In this document: in pieces, positions 22,849 through 32,283 of the stretch
Position numbering within the stretch: the stretch's first letter is position 1
Layout of the letters: every line of letters begins with the position of its first letter
Origin: Thermoplasmatota archaeon
Lineage (GTDB): Archaea; Thermoplasmatota; Penumbrarchaeia; Penumbrarchaeales; Penumbrarchaeaceae
Length of the DNA stretch: 49,582 nt
Assembly: GCA_965234725.1 (NCBI GenBank)
Contig: CBDDUX010000001.1
Coordinates: forward strand, 1 to 49,582
Reading direction: 5' to 3'
Notes under the pieces: model-generated
Databases searched by the model: none
Told to the model about the DNA's origin: nothing
Seen by the model: the letters and a program-made list of their open reading frames with translations, nothing else
Translations under genes and position numbers: made by a program

Positions 22849-23187
22849 TCATCCCATCAAACTTATTATCGCTTCTGCAGGCTCTCCATCAGCGTCCTTA
22901 AGGGCTTTCAAGGCTTGTTCCCTTCCAACACCTGTCTGGTCCATGACCAATTGAATATCCTCCTCGGGCACCTCTTGGCCCAAGGACCTCTCAGTTAATT
23001 TACCCTGGATCTGGAAGGTCTTTTCACCCTGAACATTCATTATCGTTACGGAGGCACCCTCAATGATCATCTCTTTTGTCTCCGTCTCTATTATGACCCT
23101 CTTTACACCTTCCACCTCCTCCATGTTCAACCCCATCTTCCTCATCATTCTCTCCATCTGTCTGGGGTTCATCCTTCCGGGCATCAT
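22849..23187 (-). CDS. nac: Nascent polypeptide-associated complex protein
   Basis: MNPRQMERMMRKMG, EEDIQLVMDQTGV..A..AL....GEPAEAI; GGTGG SD before MMPGR. Confidence 0.93.
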   Translation of the reverse strand: MMPGRMNPRQMERMMRKMGLNMEEVEGVKRVIIETETKEMIIEGASVTIMNVQGEKTFQIQGKLTERSLGQEVPEEDIQLVMDQTGVGREQALKALKDADGEPAEAIISLMG

Positions 23188-23201
23188 GGAACATACCACC
23201 T

Positions 23202-23624
23202 TCAAAGGTCCCTGATCAAAAGCCAACTCTGATAACCAGTCATATTTCCGGTATTATCAGTCCTGAACTTCATGTTCTTGAAGACAGTGAGTTTATCATG
23301 GATAGTATTTCCGGTATCATAAAGTTCCACGATGACCTTTGAGATACCCCTCTTCTTCATCTTCTTGAGGAAGAATTTGATGAAACCTTCAGGATATTTC
23401 ATATCCTTCCAATCAGTGAAAGTGAATCCGTTCACCTTTACCTGACTACCATCGATCTCATACTCAAGGGCTCCCATTCTCTTCTGGGTTTCATAATCAT
23501 ACATCGTAAGAGACCGAACCTCACCGGTAGCGGTAGGTCTGATCAGTTTCGATTCATATCCCACGCTCTTTCCGGAGAAAAGGCCGGTCTTGATCTTGTC
23601 GTATTCAAGGTCAACCATTGACAT
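23202..23624 (-). CDS. Hypothetical protein, possible degenerate GNAT fold
   Basis: 140-aa ORF with SD-like gaggt; pattern MGALEY..VKVNGF..FLKKMKKRGISKVIVE..VFKNMKF. Confidence 0.6.
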   Translation of the reverse strand: MSMVDLEYDKIKTGLFSGKSVGYESKLIRPTATGEVRSLTMYDYETQKRMGALEYEIDGSQVKVNGFTFTDWKDMKYPEGFIKFFLKKMKKRGISKVIVELYDTGNTIHDKLTVFKNMKFRTDNTGNMTGYQSWLLIRDL

Positions 23625-23849
23625 ACCTCTAGGAACCAAAGGGTTTCGCCGTTAAATCCTCCATGTTTACTTATTTCTTTCGTTCGGATGGCCGGTCGGT
23701 CCAAAAGGATATTTCGATTTATTTCAAGGATTTCTCTTATTAACTGGGATCATTTTTAACGTTCTCAGATCTCCAATGGAAATAGAGGTACATTACTTTT
23801 AAATATTCCATGGTCATTGTAAGATCGACCTTCGGGGCGGGATGCACAT

Positions 23850-24257
23850 ATGACCAGATGTAGAGATCTAAATTGTAGTCTATGCTGCCATGACAGAGAG
23901 GTTATCCTCACACATGAGGACCTTAACAGGCTCCTTACAATGGGGCATTATGAACAGACATTTGCCAGAAAGTCAAAGCACGGTCACAATTTGAAAGAGC
24001 TGATCTTTATTGATGGAGACTGTATCTTTTTAAAGAACGGGTCCTGCTCTGTATATAATAACAGACCTACAGCATGTGCAATTTTTCCATATACAATGGA
24101 GAAAGGAAGAGAGGCCTTCGATAAGGAATGTCCGCATTTTTCGTCATTCGAGAAAGATGATTCCTTCGTTGATACCGCGAGGTCAGGATTTCAAAGGATC
24201 GTAGAGGACATTCAAATGACCGTCGCAAGGTATGAGGAAAGGGAAAAAGCCCTCTGA
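23850..24257 (+). CDS. YkgJ family cysteine-cluster (CxxCxxCC-type) protein
   Basis: CRDLNCSLCC, CIFL, CSVYNNRPTACAIFP. Confidence 0.88.
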   Translation: MTRCRDLNCSLCCHDREVILTHEDLNRLLTMGHYEQTFARKSKHGHNLKELIFIDGDCIFLKNGSCSVYNNRPTACAIFPYTMEKGREAFDKECPHFSSFEKDDSFVDTARSGFQRIVEDIQMTVARYEEREKAL

Positions 24258-24258
24258 A

Positions 24259-25482
24259 CTACTTTCCCAGGTCCTTCCTCCTCATTTCGAAATCCTCCCT
24301 GCTGAACAGAAGTAAAAGCACCAATACTATGGAAATTATCAGGTTCAACGGGAAAGAGCCCAGGTAAAATCCTCTTACCAGGAATCCTAATAAAGCGATT
24401 ACAATAATGTATGTCCATTTATAACCCTTCAAAGTCAGGAATGCACCCGTAAGGAAGATTATGGATAGACATATGTAAACACCTCCGATCATATAGTTCC
24501 ACGAAAGATCGAGATCCTTCAACATCGTGTCAGGTTGGGCTTCCACGATATCCAGAGTTATGGATCCATCACTTTTTTCATTGATAATTATCTCCTGATA
24601 TTCTCTGTCCCTGATCTCCCTACCGGATAAAAGAATGGAACATATCCCAGGATGAACAGATACGTTGATATTCTTCACCATCTCGTTTTCAGTTCCCGTA
24701 TAGATGCGGATCGGTCCATCCAAAGGATCAATAAGTTCTATCTCAAAGGATCCTCCCAAAAGGGGTTCTGAAAGGTCGATCGTAAAATTTATCTTGGCAA
24801 TTCCAGGTTCATCTATCAAACCATATAAAAATCTTAAAATGTTGGTAATATCTGTTTCAGAACCAGGGAGGTTCTTCCATTTTATTGAATCATTTCCGAC
24901 CTTGATAATGAAGGTACCATTTCCATCAAGGGTTAGGACCTTTGTCTCATTACCTATGGTCTCCTCTTTGAGATGGTCTTCTTCAGGTCCGTATTCAAAT
25001 GTCCGGCCCGTCATCACAGGATAGATATCTCCAATTACAATCAGATCGAATGTGCCGTTCGTGACCGTCTCACTTATCTTGATCTGCTCCCTTTCACGCA
25101 GAAGTTCGATGGTCCTTTCTGTTGAAATATTGTTGGGAGACCTTTCAAGGTCACCGTCCAATTCATCCATTGGATATGCAAGCCATCTTATCTCAAGAGG
25201 TATGAATCCCTCTTTATAGACCTCAAGATCGATCATTCCAACAGATACGTTTCGGAAATGGAACCTTCCATCACTTCCGGTAATTATCTCGCTTTCCTTC
25301 AATTGGACAATAGCACCCTGAATGGGATCAGAACTTGAAGAAACGACGATCCCCATGATCTCAGTTGAACCATCATTTGTATCCAGCTGATTGTTCCGGT
25401 AAATAATGAAACCACCGTAAATGGACGTGGAAACTGCTATTATGATGAAAAGAACAAATGCTGCGGTTATCCTCCATCTCAT
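24259..25482 (-). CDS. Membrane protein with carboxypeptidase-regulatory-like domain
   Basis: N-terminal TM, GIVVS..PIQGAIV..TGSDGRF..KEGF, three C-terminal TM segments. Confidence 0.75.
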   Translation of the reverse strand: MRWRITAAFVLFIIIAVSTSIYGGFIIYRNNQLDTNDGSTEIMGIVVSSSSDPIQGAIVQLKESEIITGSDGRFHFRNVSVGMIDLEVYKEGFIPLEIRWLAYPMDELDGDLERSPNNISTERTIELLREREQIKISETVTNGTFDLIVIGDIYPVMTGRTFEYGPEEDHLKEETIGNETKVLTLDGNGTFIIKVGNDSIKWKNLPGSETDITNILRFLYGLIDEPGIAKINFTIDLSEPLLGGSFEIELIDPLDGPIRIYTGTENEMVKNINVSVHPGICSILLSGREIRDREYQEIIINEKSDGSITLDIVEAQPDTMLKDLDLSWNYMIGGVYICLSIIFLTGAFLTLKGYKWTYIIVIALLGFLVRGFYLGSFPLNLIISIVLVLLLLFSREDFEMRRKDLGK

Positions 25483-25532
25483 TTACTGACCCTCTCCTCA
25501 ATCCTTTAGTTACTATAAAATGATTATATGGT

Positions 25533-26273
25533 TTAAGCCTCAACTTCAAAGGATAACCTGAGTGATCCATTTCCTTTGATATCCACCGGACGGATGAGCT
25601 TGATCTCACCACTTGTCAATTTTCCAGCGATCTTATTCACTTCCTTCAGGTCTATGATATCAAGGTCCTGTCCTTTTAGAAGTGACTTTATCCCGGTAAT
25701 ATGTCCCTGACCGACGACCGCGAGAATATGTGGATGGTTCCGATTCAATGAAATGATCTTCTTGCTCATATACGAATCCCTGTAATCAACGATCCTCTCC
25801 TTCAGTTCAGGGAATACCTTCCCGAACTCCTCCATGGCACGTTCAGGGTCCTTCTCTATTACATCAAGTCCTTTCTCTATCTGTTTCTTCGGTAGAACAG
25901 ACGCTCCAAGAACAGATCCCGTAAGTTTCAGTTTCTGGATCAAGGTCATTCCCGAGATCAGTCCGGATACCATGGGTGTTGCCTCGATATCGATGAAGAA
26001 ATGTGGTATTCCCATTTCCCGGGAGGCTTCAACAGCACCGAGCATCTCCTCTCCAACAGTAGCCCCCTGGGATCTGGCTGCTTTTTCGTACACTTTTTGA
26101 AGCCTTTTCATTAAAAAAGGAGCATCTTTCGATCTATCAATTCCTTTATCGAGCATCTCGAACCTGAACTTGTCCAATTCGATGCAGACGGCATGTGGTC
26201 TACGGTTGAAAATGATGTATTTCACCGCATCCTTTATCGAGAATACGTGACCGATACCTACAAGAGTGATCAT
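25533..26273 (-). CDS. TraB/GumN family protein
   Basis: LVGIGHV, PHAVCIELDKFR, GEEM, IVDYRDSYM, AVVGQGH. Confidence 0.88.
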   Translation of the reverse strand: MITLVGIGHVFSIKDAVKYIIFNRRPHAVCIELDKFRFEMLDKGIDRSKDAPFLMKRLQKVYEKAARSQGATVGEEMLGAVEASREMGIPHFFIDIEATPMVSGLISGMTLIQKLKLTGSVLGASVLPKKQIEKGLDVIEKDPERAMEEFGKVFPELKERIVDYRDSYMSKKIISLNRNHPHILAVVGQGHITGIKSLLKGQDLDIIDLKEVNKIAGKLTSGEIKLIRPVDIKGNGSLRLSFEVEA

Positions 26274-26331
26274 GTCCAGAGTCCAACTGGCAGAAAATCA
26301 CGATATGAAATAAACATATTGGATGAATTGG

Positions 26332-27396
26332 TCATATACCAAGGTCATCTGGTTCTTCACCGATCTCAAAAGCAAACTTCTTGAGGAGCTTCCTGGCCTG
26401 TTCGTTGATATCATCAGGTGGATCTATGTATACTACAACATAGAGGTCACCATGATCACCTGTAACCGGGTCCGGGAAACCTTCCCCCTCGATAAGGAAC
26501 TCCGTCCGTGATCTTGTCTTCGGAGGGATCCTGAGGGTTCTTCTTCCTTCCAATGTCATGACACGTTGTTTTCCACCGAAAACCGCTTTTGGAAGTGAAA
26601 TGGACTCTTCGATGTACAGATCATTGTCGACCCGCTTCATGTTGGTCTCCTCATCGACTGCAACCGTTACCATCAGGTCCCCTCTGGGTCCTGATCCAAG
26701 ACCATGACCACCCTTTCCATTCAGTTTAATGATCGCCCCATCCTCGACTCCCGCAGGAAGCGATACAGGGACCTTGTCGACACCATTTACAAGACCGATC
26801 CCAGAGCATCTTGAGCAGAATTGCTGCATTAGGATGCCCCTTCCATTGCATGTTGAACACATTACCCTCTGATTGATGTAACCTTGAGGGGTTTGAACTG
26901 GTGCCAGAAGAGCTCCTGATCCTCTGCAGGTAGGACATTGGGATACCTGAGTATTCGGTTCAGACCCAGACCCATCACACCTGGAGCATTTGATAGGCAT
27001 GGAGATATCCACGGTCTTCTTCATCCCGTTGAAAGAATCTGCGAACTTTATTGTGAGATTGATCTTGACATCGGAACCTCTCTGGGGAGCCAGTGGAGGA
27101 CCTTGATAGTGGTATCCGGAAGAAGGAGCCGGAACTTCCTGGTTCCTTAAATTACCCTGAGATCTTCCACTTCTCAGAAGCTCAAGGTCATACTTTTCCC
27201 TCTTCAAAGGATTGGATAGGATCTCGTAAGCTTCCTTTACCTTCTTGAAATTGTCTGCAGCTCCGATCTCTTCATCCCTGTTGAGGTCAGGATGAAAGCT
27301 CTTGGCCAGTCTCCTGTAGGCCTTTTTAACATCTTCCTGGGTGGCATCCTCCTCGATACCTAAAATGGCATAATAGTCTTCCACCAAGGGGGTCAC
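26332..27396 (-). CDS. dnaJ: DnaJ chaperone (J-domain, four CxxCxGxG, C-terminal domains)
   Basis: DYYAILG, HPD, CSRCDGSG/CPTCRGSG/CSTCNGRG/CSRCSGIG, GDL motifs. Confidence 0.93.
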   Translation of the reverse strand: MTPLVEDYYAILGIEEDATQEDVKKAYRRLAKSFHPDLNRDEEIGAADNFKKVKEAYEILSNPLKREKYDLELLRSGRSQGNLRNQEVPAPSSGYHYQGPPLAPQRGSDVKINLTIKFADSFNGMKKTVDISMPIKCSRCDGSGSEPNTQVSQCPTCRGSGALLAPVQTPQGYINQRVMCSTCNGRGILMQQFCSRCSGIGLVNGVDKVPVSLPAGVEDGAIIKLNGKGGHGLGSGPRGDLMVTVAVDEETNMKRVDNDLYIEESISLPKAVFGGKQRVMTLEGRRTLRIPPKTRSRTEFLIEGEGFPDPVTGDHGDLYVVVYIDPPDDINEQARKLLKKFAFEIGEEPDDLGI

Positions 27397-27460
27397 CTTC
27401 GATTAGGGTTCTCTCGTATGACCTGATCATATTTTATTCTATCCAAATTCAAATATTCAA

Positions 27461-27497
27461 TAGGACCGGAGACCGTAACTTCCGGCTACCGGTCCTA
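27461..27497 (-). terminator. Strong hairpin directly after the dnaK stop (terminator or mRNA stabiliser)
   Basis: taggaccgg...ccggtccta 9-bp perfect arms plus inner ag/ct and ccg/cgg pairs. Confidence 0.55.
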
Positions 27498-27509
27498 CAT
27501 ATGCAAAGA

Positions 27510-29660
27510 TCATTCGAGGATCTTTATCTTGGCACCGCAGTCTGGGCACTGAACTTTAACAGGTCTGTCCGGGGTATCGATCTCTATCTCTGTTCCACAC
27601 TTGGGACAGTCGATGACCTCAGGTTCATATTCCTCCTCATCTTCGTCCTCCTCCTCCTTGACCGGGGCCTTTTTAGTTGCTTTAGGTGGTGATTTCTTCA
27701 CTGTCTTCTTCGAAGGTGGAGCTTTTTGCTCCTTCTTCTCCTCCGGTTCAGAGGATTTCTCCTCCTTGGCAGGGGCTTTCTTGGGGTTTCCCTTGATCGT
27801 ACCTTTTGCACCGCAGTGAGGACAGGTGATTTTCAGAGGCCTCTTTGGCGAGGTTATCTTGATGGGCTTCTTACATTTCGGACATTTGATGGTGATAGGT
27901 TCATAGCCCTCTTCGCTGCCTCCGGATATATCCTTATAGGCATCAGCGAACAGATTCTGTGATTTCTCGGTCAGGTCATCGATGGCGATCTTCAATTCCT
28001 TGATATTCTTCTCATCCATCATTTCCTTGACCATCTTTACGGCTTTCTTGGTATCTCTGACCTTCTTTGCATCAAGCTTTTCCTCAAGTTCCACAATGGC
28101 TTTCTCCGTGGAATAGATCAGAGCATCAGCCTGGTTGCGGAGTTCTGCAAGCTTTTTCTTCTTCTTGTCAACCTTTTCGTACTTGGCTGCTTCCTCGATC
28201 ATCTGGCCAACCTCTTGTTCGGTCACACCTGATGACGGTTGAATGGTGATCTTCTGTTCCTTTCCAGTAGCCAGGTCCTTTGCAGACACATTGACGATAC
28301 CGTTTGCATCTATATCGAAGGTGACCTCTATCTGTGGTATCCCCCTTGGTGCGGGAGGAATTCCGATCAGATGGAACTTACCAAGGGATTTGTTGTCAGA
28401 TGACATCTCCCTCTCACCCTGCACAACATGGATCTCCACCGAGGTCTGATTATCCTGAGCAGTGGAGAATATCTGGTTCTTCCTGCAGGGGATTGTGGTA
28501 TTTCTGGGTATGAGCTTTGAGGTTAGACCTCCAACGGTCTCCACCCCTAGTGAGAGAGGGGTAACATCCAGAAGCAGAACGTCCTTGACCTCACCGGTCA
28601 GTACTCCACCCTGGATCGCTGCTCCTACTGCAACACATTCATCTGGATTTATTCCCTTGTTGGGTGATTTCCCGAAGAACTCCTTGATGAAGTTCTGGAC
28701 TGCGGGCATTCTGGTCGATCCGCCTACTAGTAGTACCTGATCGATATCCTTTGGTGTAAGTCCAGCGTCCTTCATGGACCTTTTTGTGGGGCCTTTCGTC
28801 GCATCTATCAGGTCTTCTGTGAGAGATTCGAACTTTGCCCTTGTGAGTGTATAATCTATATGTTTAGGACCATCTTCATCAGCGGCAATGTAGGGAAGGT
28901 TAATGTTCGTATCAAGCCTGGAAGAAAGTTCTATCTTTGCCTTCTCAGAAGCTTCCTTCAACCTCTGCATTGCATTCTTATCTTCTCTGAGGTTGATATC
29001 GATCTCATCCTGGAACTTGTCAATGAGCCAATCCATAATCCTTGCATCGAAGTCATCGCCTCCCAACAGATTGTTACCAGAAGTGGCCTTGACCTCGAAT
29101 ACACCTTCTCCTATATCCAGAATGGAAACATCGAATGTCCCGCCTCCAAGGTCGAACACCAAGATGGTCTGTTCCTGGTCCTGTTTGTCCAGACCATATG
29201 CAAGTGACGCTGCTGTTGGTTCATTAATGATCCTCAGAACGTCCAATTTTGCAATCCTTCCAGCATCCCTTGTAGCCTGTCTCTGGGGATCCTCAAAATA
29301 TGCTGGCACGGTAATAACTGCTTTATCGATCTCCTCTCCAAGATATTCCTCGGCATCCTTCTTGAGCTTCCTTAGGATCAATGAAGAGATCTCCTGAGGG
29401 GTATAGACCTTATCATCGACCTTCACCTTGTATTTGGTTCCCATCTTCCTCTTGATGGAAGAAATGGTGCGCTCAGGATTGGTCACTGCCTGTCTTTTTG
29501 CAACATGACCCACAAGTATTTCCCCGTCTTCCGTGAATGCAACCACGGATGCCATAGTCCTACCTCCCTCTGCATTAGGGATAACGACGGGTTCACCGCC
29601 TTCAAGTACTGCCATCGCTGAATATGTGGTTCCAAGATCGATTCCTATTACCTTTGCCAT
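27510..29660 (-). CDS. dnaK: Hsp70 chaperone DnaK with C-terminal double zinc-ribbon extension
   Basis: [59 protein letters not shown] before MAKVIG. Confidence 0.96.
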   Translation of the reverse strand: MAKVIGIDLGTTYSAMAVLEGGEPVVIPNAEGGRTMASVVAFTEDGEILVGHVAKRQAVTNPERTISSIKRKMGTKYKVKVDDKVYTPQEISSLILRKLKKDAEEYLGEEIDKAVITVPAYFEDPQRQATRDAGRIAKLDVLRIINEPTAASLAYGLDKQDQEQTILVFDLGGGTFDVSILDIGEGVFEVKATSGNNLLGGDDFDARIMDWLIDKFQDEIDINLREDKNAMQRLKEASEKAKIELSSRLDTNINLPYIAADEDGPKHIDYTLTRAKFESLTEDLIDATKGPTKRSMKDAGLTPKDIDQVLLVGGSTRMPAVQNFIKEFFGKSPNKGINPDECVAVGAAIQGGVLTGEVKDVLLLDVTPLSLGVETVGGLTSKLIPRNTTIPCRKNQIFSTAQDNQTSVEIHVVQGEREMSSDNKSLGKFHLIGIPPAPRGIPQIEVTFDIDANGIVNVSAKDLATGKEQKITIQPSSGVTEQEVGQMIEEAAKYEKVDKKKKKLAELRNQADALIYSTEKAIVELEEKLDAKKVRDTKKAVKMVKEMMDEKNIKELKIAIDDLTEKSQNLFADAYKDISGGSEEGYEPITIKCPKCKKPIKITSPKRPLKITCPHCGAKGTIKGNPKKAPAKEEKSSEPEEKKEQKAPPSKKTVKKSPPKATKKAPVKEEEDEDEEEYEPEVIDCPKCGTEIEIDTPDRPVKVQCPDCGAKIKILE

Positions 29661-29740
29661 TGTAACCCTCCTCTGATGATCATAATTTATCATTCATCGC
29701 TATTGTTTTATTATTCCCAATTTGGGAGACCACTGAATTT

Positions 29741-29767
29741 TCAACAATCCGTTAGTATAAATATATT
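29741..29767 (-). promoter_or_regulatory. dnaK promoter: TATA box immediately followed by CTAAC-N5-GTTGA
   Basis: Minus strand aatatatttata-ctaac-ggatt-gttga-aaa. Confidence 0.6.
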
Positions 29768-29835
29768 TCCCTATTTTTTATCAATGAAATAATTGGGAAA
29801 AAATAGCATTATTTCCCATACTGGCCATTTTAACC

Positions 29836-30822
29836 TTATTGGACATCCATATTGTCGACGATCTCCTCTATCTCTTCAAGTTCCTCGTCGACTTCCTCAA
29901 CATTCCCAACCTCATCGATGTCTTTGTTCTTGCCTTCCTTTTCACCATCCTTTTTCAGGTTTTTTCCCTCCTCCTCCTTTTCTTCCTTGATCTTCTTTGG
30001 CCTTGGTTTTCCTCCTTTCGAGACCCTGACCTTTGCGGCTCGAAGGACTATTCCTTCCACCACATAACCTTTAACATCAACATCAATGACTGTGTTCTCG
30101 AAGACTGTATCATCTTCGATCATACTAATTGCTTCATGGAAGTTCGGATCGAAGACCTCATTTATTGGATCTATGACCTCTATACCGTTATCATGGAGTA
30201 CCTTTAATACCCCTTTCCTGATCGATTCTATCCCATCGATCATCTGTCGGACACTGGACTTCCAATCGTTCTTCTTTGCCTCGGTAAGGGCTCTATCAAG
30301 ATTGTCAAGGACATCAATTATTCCGAGGATCAATTTCTTGGAACCCATCTTGACCTTTCTTTCCAACTCGTTCTCATTTCTCTTCTTGAAGTTCTCGAAG
30401 TCCTTCTGATTACGGTCTAGTTTCTTTTCGAGAGCATTGATCATGGCGATCTTGCTGTTCATATCCTCTTCGATCTTATCCTTCTCGGACCTAAGATTCT
30501 CCAGCTCATCTTCAAGAAGTTCGAACTCCCTCTGGAATGAATCCTTATCATCTTTCAGACTCTCAAGCTGACCTTTCAATCTTGACAGGTCCTTTATATC
30601 CTTCCTCAATCTTTTCTTTACTCCTTCAGGTAGCGGGACCTTCTGGGCTTTTTTACTGGAGACCTTTGTTTCCGGTTCTTTTTTTTCTTCCGAAGGATCG
30701 GTTTTTACCTTCTTCCGGGATTTCTTTTCTTTGGAGGAACTCTTCTTTGACTTGGGTTTTTCCTCCTCCGGCTCCTCCTCATCCTCATCGAACTCGAATT
30801 CGAATTCCTCCTCGGGTTCCAT
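29836..30822 (-). CDS. grpE: GrpE nucleotide exchange factor with long charged N- and C-terminal extensions
   Basis: KDFENFKKR, LDNLDRAL, FDPNFHEAI, KGY....VLRAAKVRV; GGTGA SD before MEPEEE. Confidence 0.92.
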   Translation of the reverse strand: MEPEEEFEFEFDEDEEEPEEEKPKSKKSSSKEKKSRKKVKTDPSEEKKEPETKVSSKKAQKVPLPEGVKKRLRKDIKDLSRLKGQLESLKDDKDSFQREFELLEDELENLRSEKDKIEEDMNSKIAMINALEKKLDRNQKDFENFKKRNENELERKVKMGSKKLILGIIDVLDNLDRALTEAKKNDWKSSVRQMIDGIESIRKGVLKVLHDNGIEVIDPINEVFDPNFHEAISMIEDDTVFENTVIDVDVKGYVVEGIVLRAAKVRVSKGGKPRPKKIKEEKEEEGKNLKKDGEKEGKNKDIDEVGNVEEVDEELEEIEEIVDNMDVQ

Positions 30823-30845
30823 TGCGATCACCATATCGTTCCTTT

Positions 30846-30868
30846 CGAACGAACCGTTGGTAAATAAT
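30846..30868 (-). promoter_or_regulatory. grpE promoter: TATA-like box immediately followed by CCAAC-N5-GTTCG
   Basis: Minus strand attattta-ccaac-ggttc-gttcg-aaa; same layout as the dnaK promoter. Confidence 0.55.
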
Positions 30869-30929
30869 GTTTTTCTTAAGAATTATCAAAATAATAAATA
30901 AGTTTTAAACCTGGACCTTCACATGGCAA

Positions 30930-31967
30930 TCACATTCTGGCCATTACAGGATAGAGTCTGCTGCTGATCTTATAGGTGGTCCATTCATCTTTACAGCAAA
31001 CCATTGGGTCGGGTAAACATGAAGGATCATTGAAAAGTGAGAATTCCCTGATTGCAGAAATGATAATTTCATCACATTTCCCACAATTATGAGAACCTCT
31101 TTTCTTCCCTCCACCGGTTGGTGAGGACATGAGGTGGGTTTTTCCACCGGTCACCTTATAAGATCTTTTTAGAACCTCTAAAAGGGACCATAACCATGGA
31201 GTCCGGTAGAGACCTCTCTTGTAGAGCCCTTCCACGGGGGTATTTGATTGGATATTCATAGGATTGATCGATATGGTTGAACCTGGGAAATATCGATGAA
31301 TATCACTTACAGATGAAACCATATCCTCAATGGAGTCCGATTCTCCAAGAAGGGGTGGTTTCATTAGAAGGTATGTCTTCAAATGGGATCCACTGTTGAT
31401 CACCTTCGTACCTGCTTTTTTAAATTGTTCCCAGTCAAATCCTTTGTGAATGAGGTCCCTCCTGATCCGATCTGAGGAAGTCTCTAAACCAATTGCAATT
31501 TCAAGGGATCCTATTCGTGAAGAGAGGTTCTCAACCATCCCTGTCTGGATGAATTCAGGTCTGCTTTCCACAAGGACCCTTGGGTCTGGGTGATATTGGC
31601 TAATCAGGTCCATTGTCTTCTCCTGGACCTCGATTGGTATCTCTTCAGGATCAAGAAAGGACCCGGAAGTAAAGATCTTGATATAATCATGACCGTCCCA
31701 TTTCTTTAATGAATGTTCCACTTGGTGAAGAAGATCCTCTGTTGTCACTGTACCACCCCTAGTATCATTGCAGTAACCACACATAGTGCAGCCGGCTTTC
31801 TTCCACCAACTACAACCAGGCCCATCCAATATCATTACAAGGGCCTTCACTTCTTTACCATTGAGAACATCTGTTTCGGTCCAGACCGAAAGGGGATATT
31901 CCCTTCTACCAGGTCCTTCAATGGTCATATCAACACCTCTTTCACGATCAACAATCCTTTGAATCAA
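30930..31967 (-). CDS. Archaeosine biosynthesis radical SAM protein RaSEA
   Basis: Cx7Cx2C (CSWWKKAGCTMC), KIFTSGSFLD, ESRPEF, IGLET, KTYLLMKPP, YRTPWLWS, GSHNCGKC; start uncertain. Confidence 0.9.
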   Translation of the reverse strand: MIQRIVDRERGVDMTIEGPGRREYPLSVWTETDVLNGKEVKALVMILDGPGCSWWKKAGCTMCGYCNDTRGGTVTTEDLLHQVEHSLKKWDGHDYIKIFTSGSFLDPEEIPIEVQEKTMDLISQYHPDPRVLVESRPEFIQTGMVENLSSRIGSLEIAIGLETSSDRIRRDLIHKGFDWEQFKKAGTKVINSGSHLKTYLLMKPPLLGESDSIEDMVSSVSDIHRYFPGSTISINPMNIQSNTPVEGLYKRGLYRTPWLWSLLEVLKRSYKVTGGKTHLMSSPTGGGKKRGSHNCGKCDEIIISAIREFSLFNDPSCLPDPMVCCKDEWTTYKISSRLYPVMARM

Positions 31968-32269
31968 CCTATAGAATATATCTGGACATGTGGCGTGCCA
32001 CCAATATCAACTATTTCTCCATCATCAAGTAATCCCGCTTCCTTTAATAGACCGATACAACGGTCCCCAACTGCGTTGATGCTTTCTACAAGGGGAATGG
32101 TCCTTAAAATAGTCTCAGGATCCACAGTATCCCCCCCATAGAAGTCCTCTGTGATCTTGAAATTTATATCCCCCTTTTTGAACACCTTTCCAAGTAATTC
32201 CCCATCACATAGGGCCATGATGGTGCTATGGCCATACTTATGGACCTTCATGATCACACTCTTTTCCAT
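31964..32269 (-). CDS. DUF424 family protein
   Basis: ALCDGELLGK, FYGG, INAVG, IGGTPHVQ; typical neighbour of mcm; start could be 32287. Confidence 0.88.
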   Translation of the reverse strand: MEKSVIMKVHKYGHSTIMALCDGELLGKVFKKGDINFKITEDFYGGDTVDPETILRTIPLVESINAVGDRCIGLLKEAGLLDDGEIVDIGGTPHVQIYSIG

Positions 32270-32283
32270 GTATACACCTTTCC

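Noticed and set aside
28243-29397. Plus-strand ORFs antisense to dnaK
   Set aside because: Antisense ORFs opposite hsp70 genes are a known codon-pattern artefact; the many other short Ser/Ile-rich antisense ORFs in the track were rejected likewise
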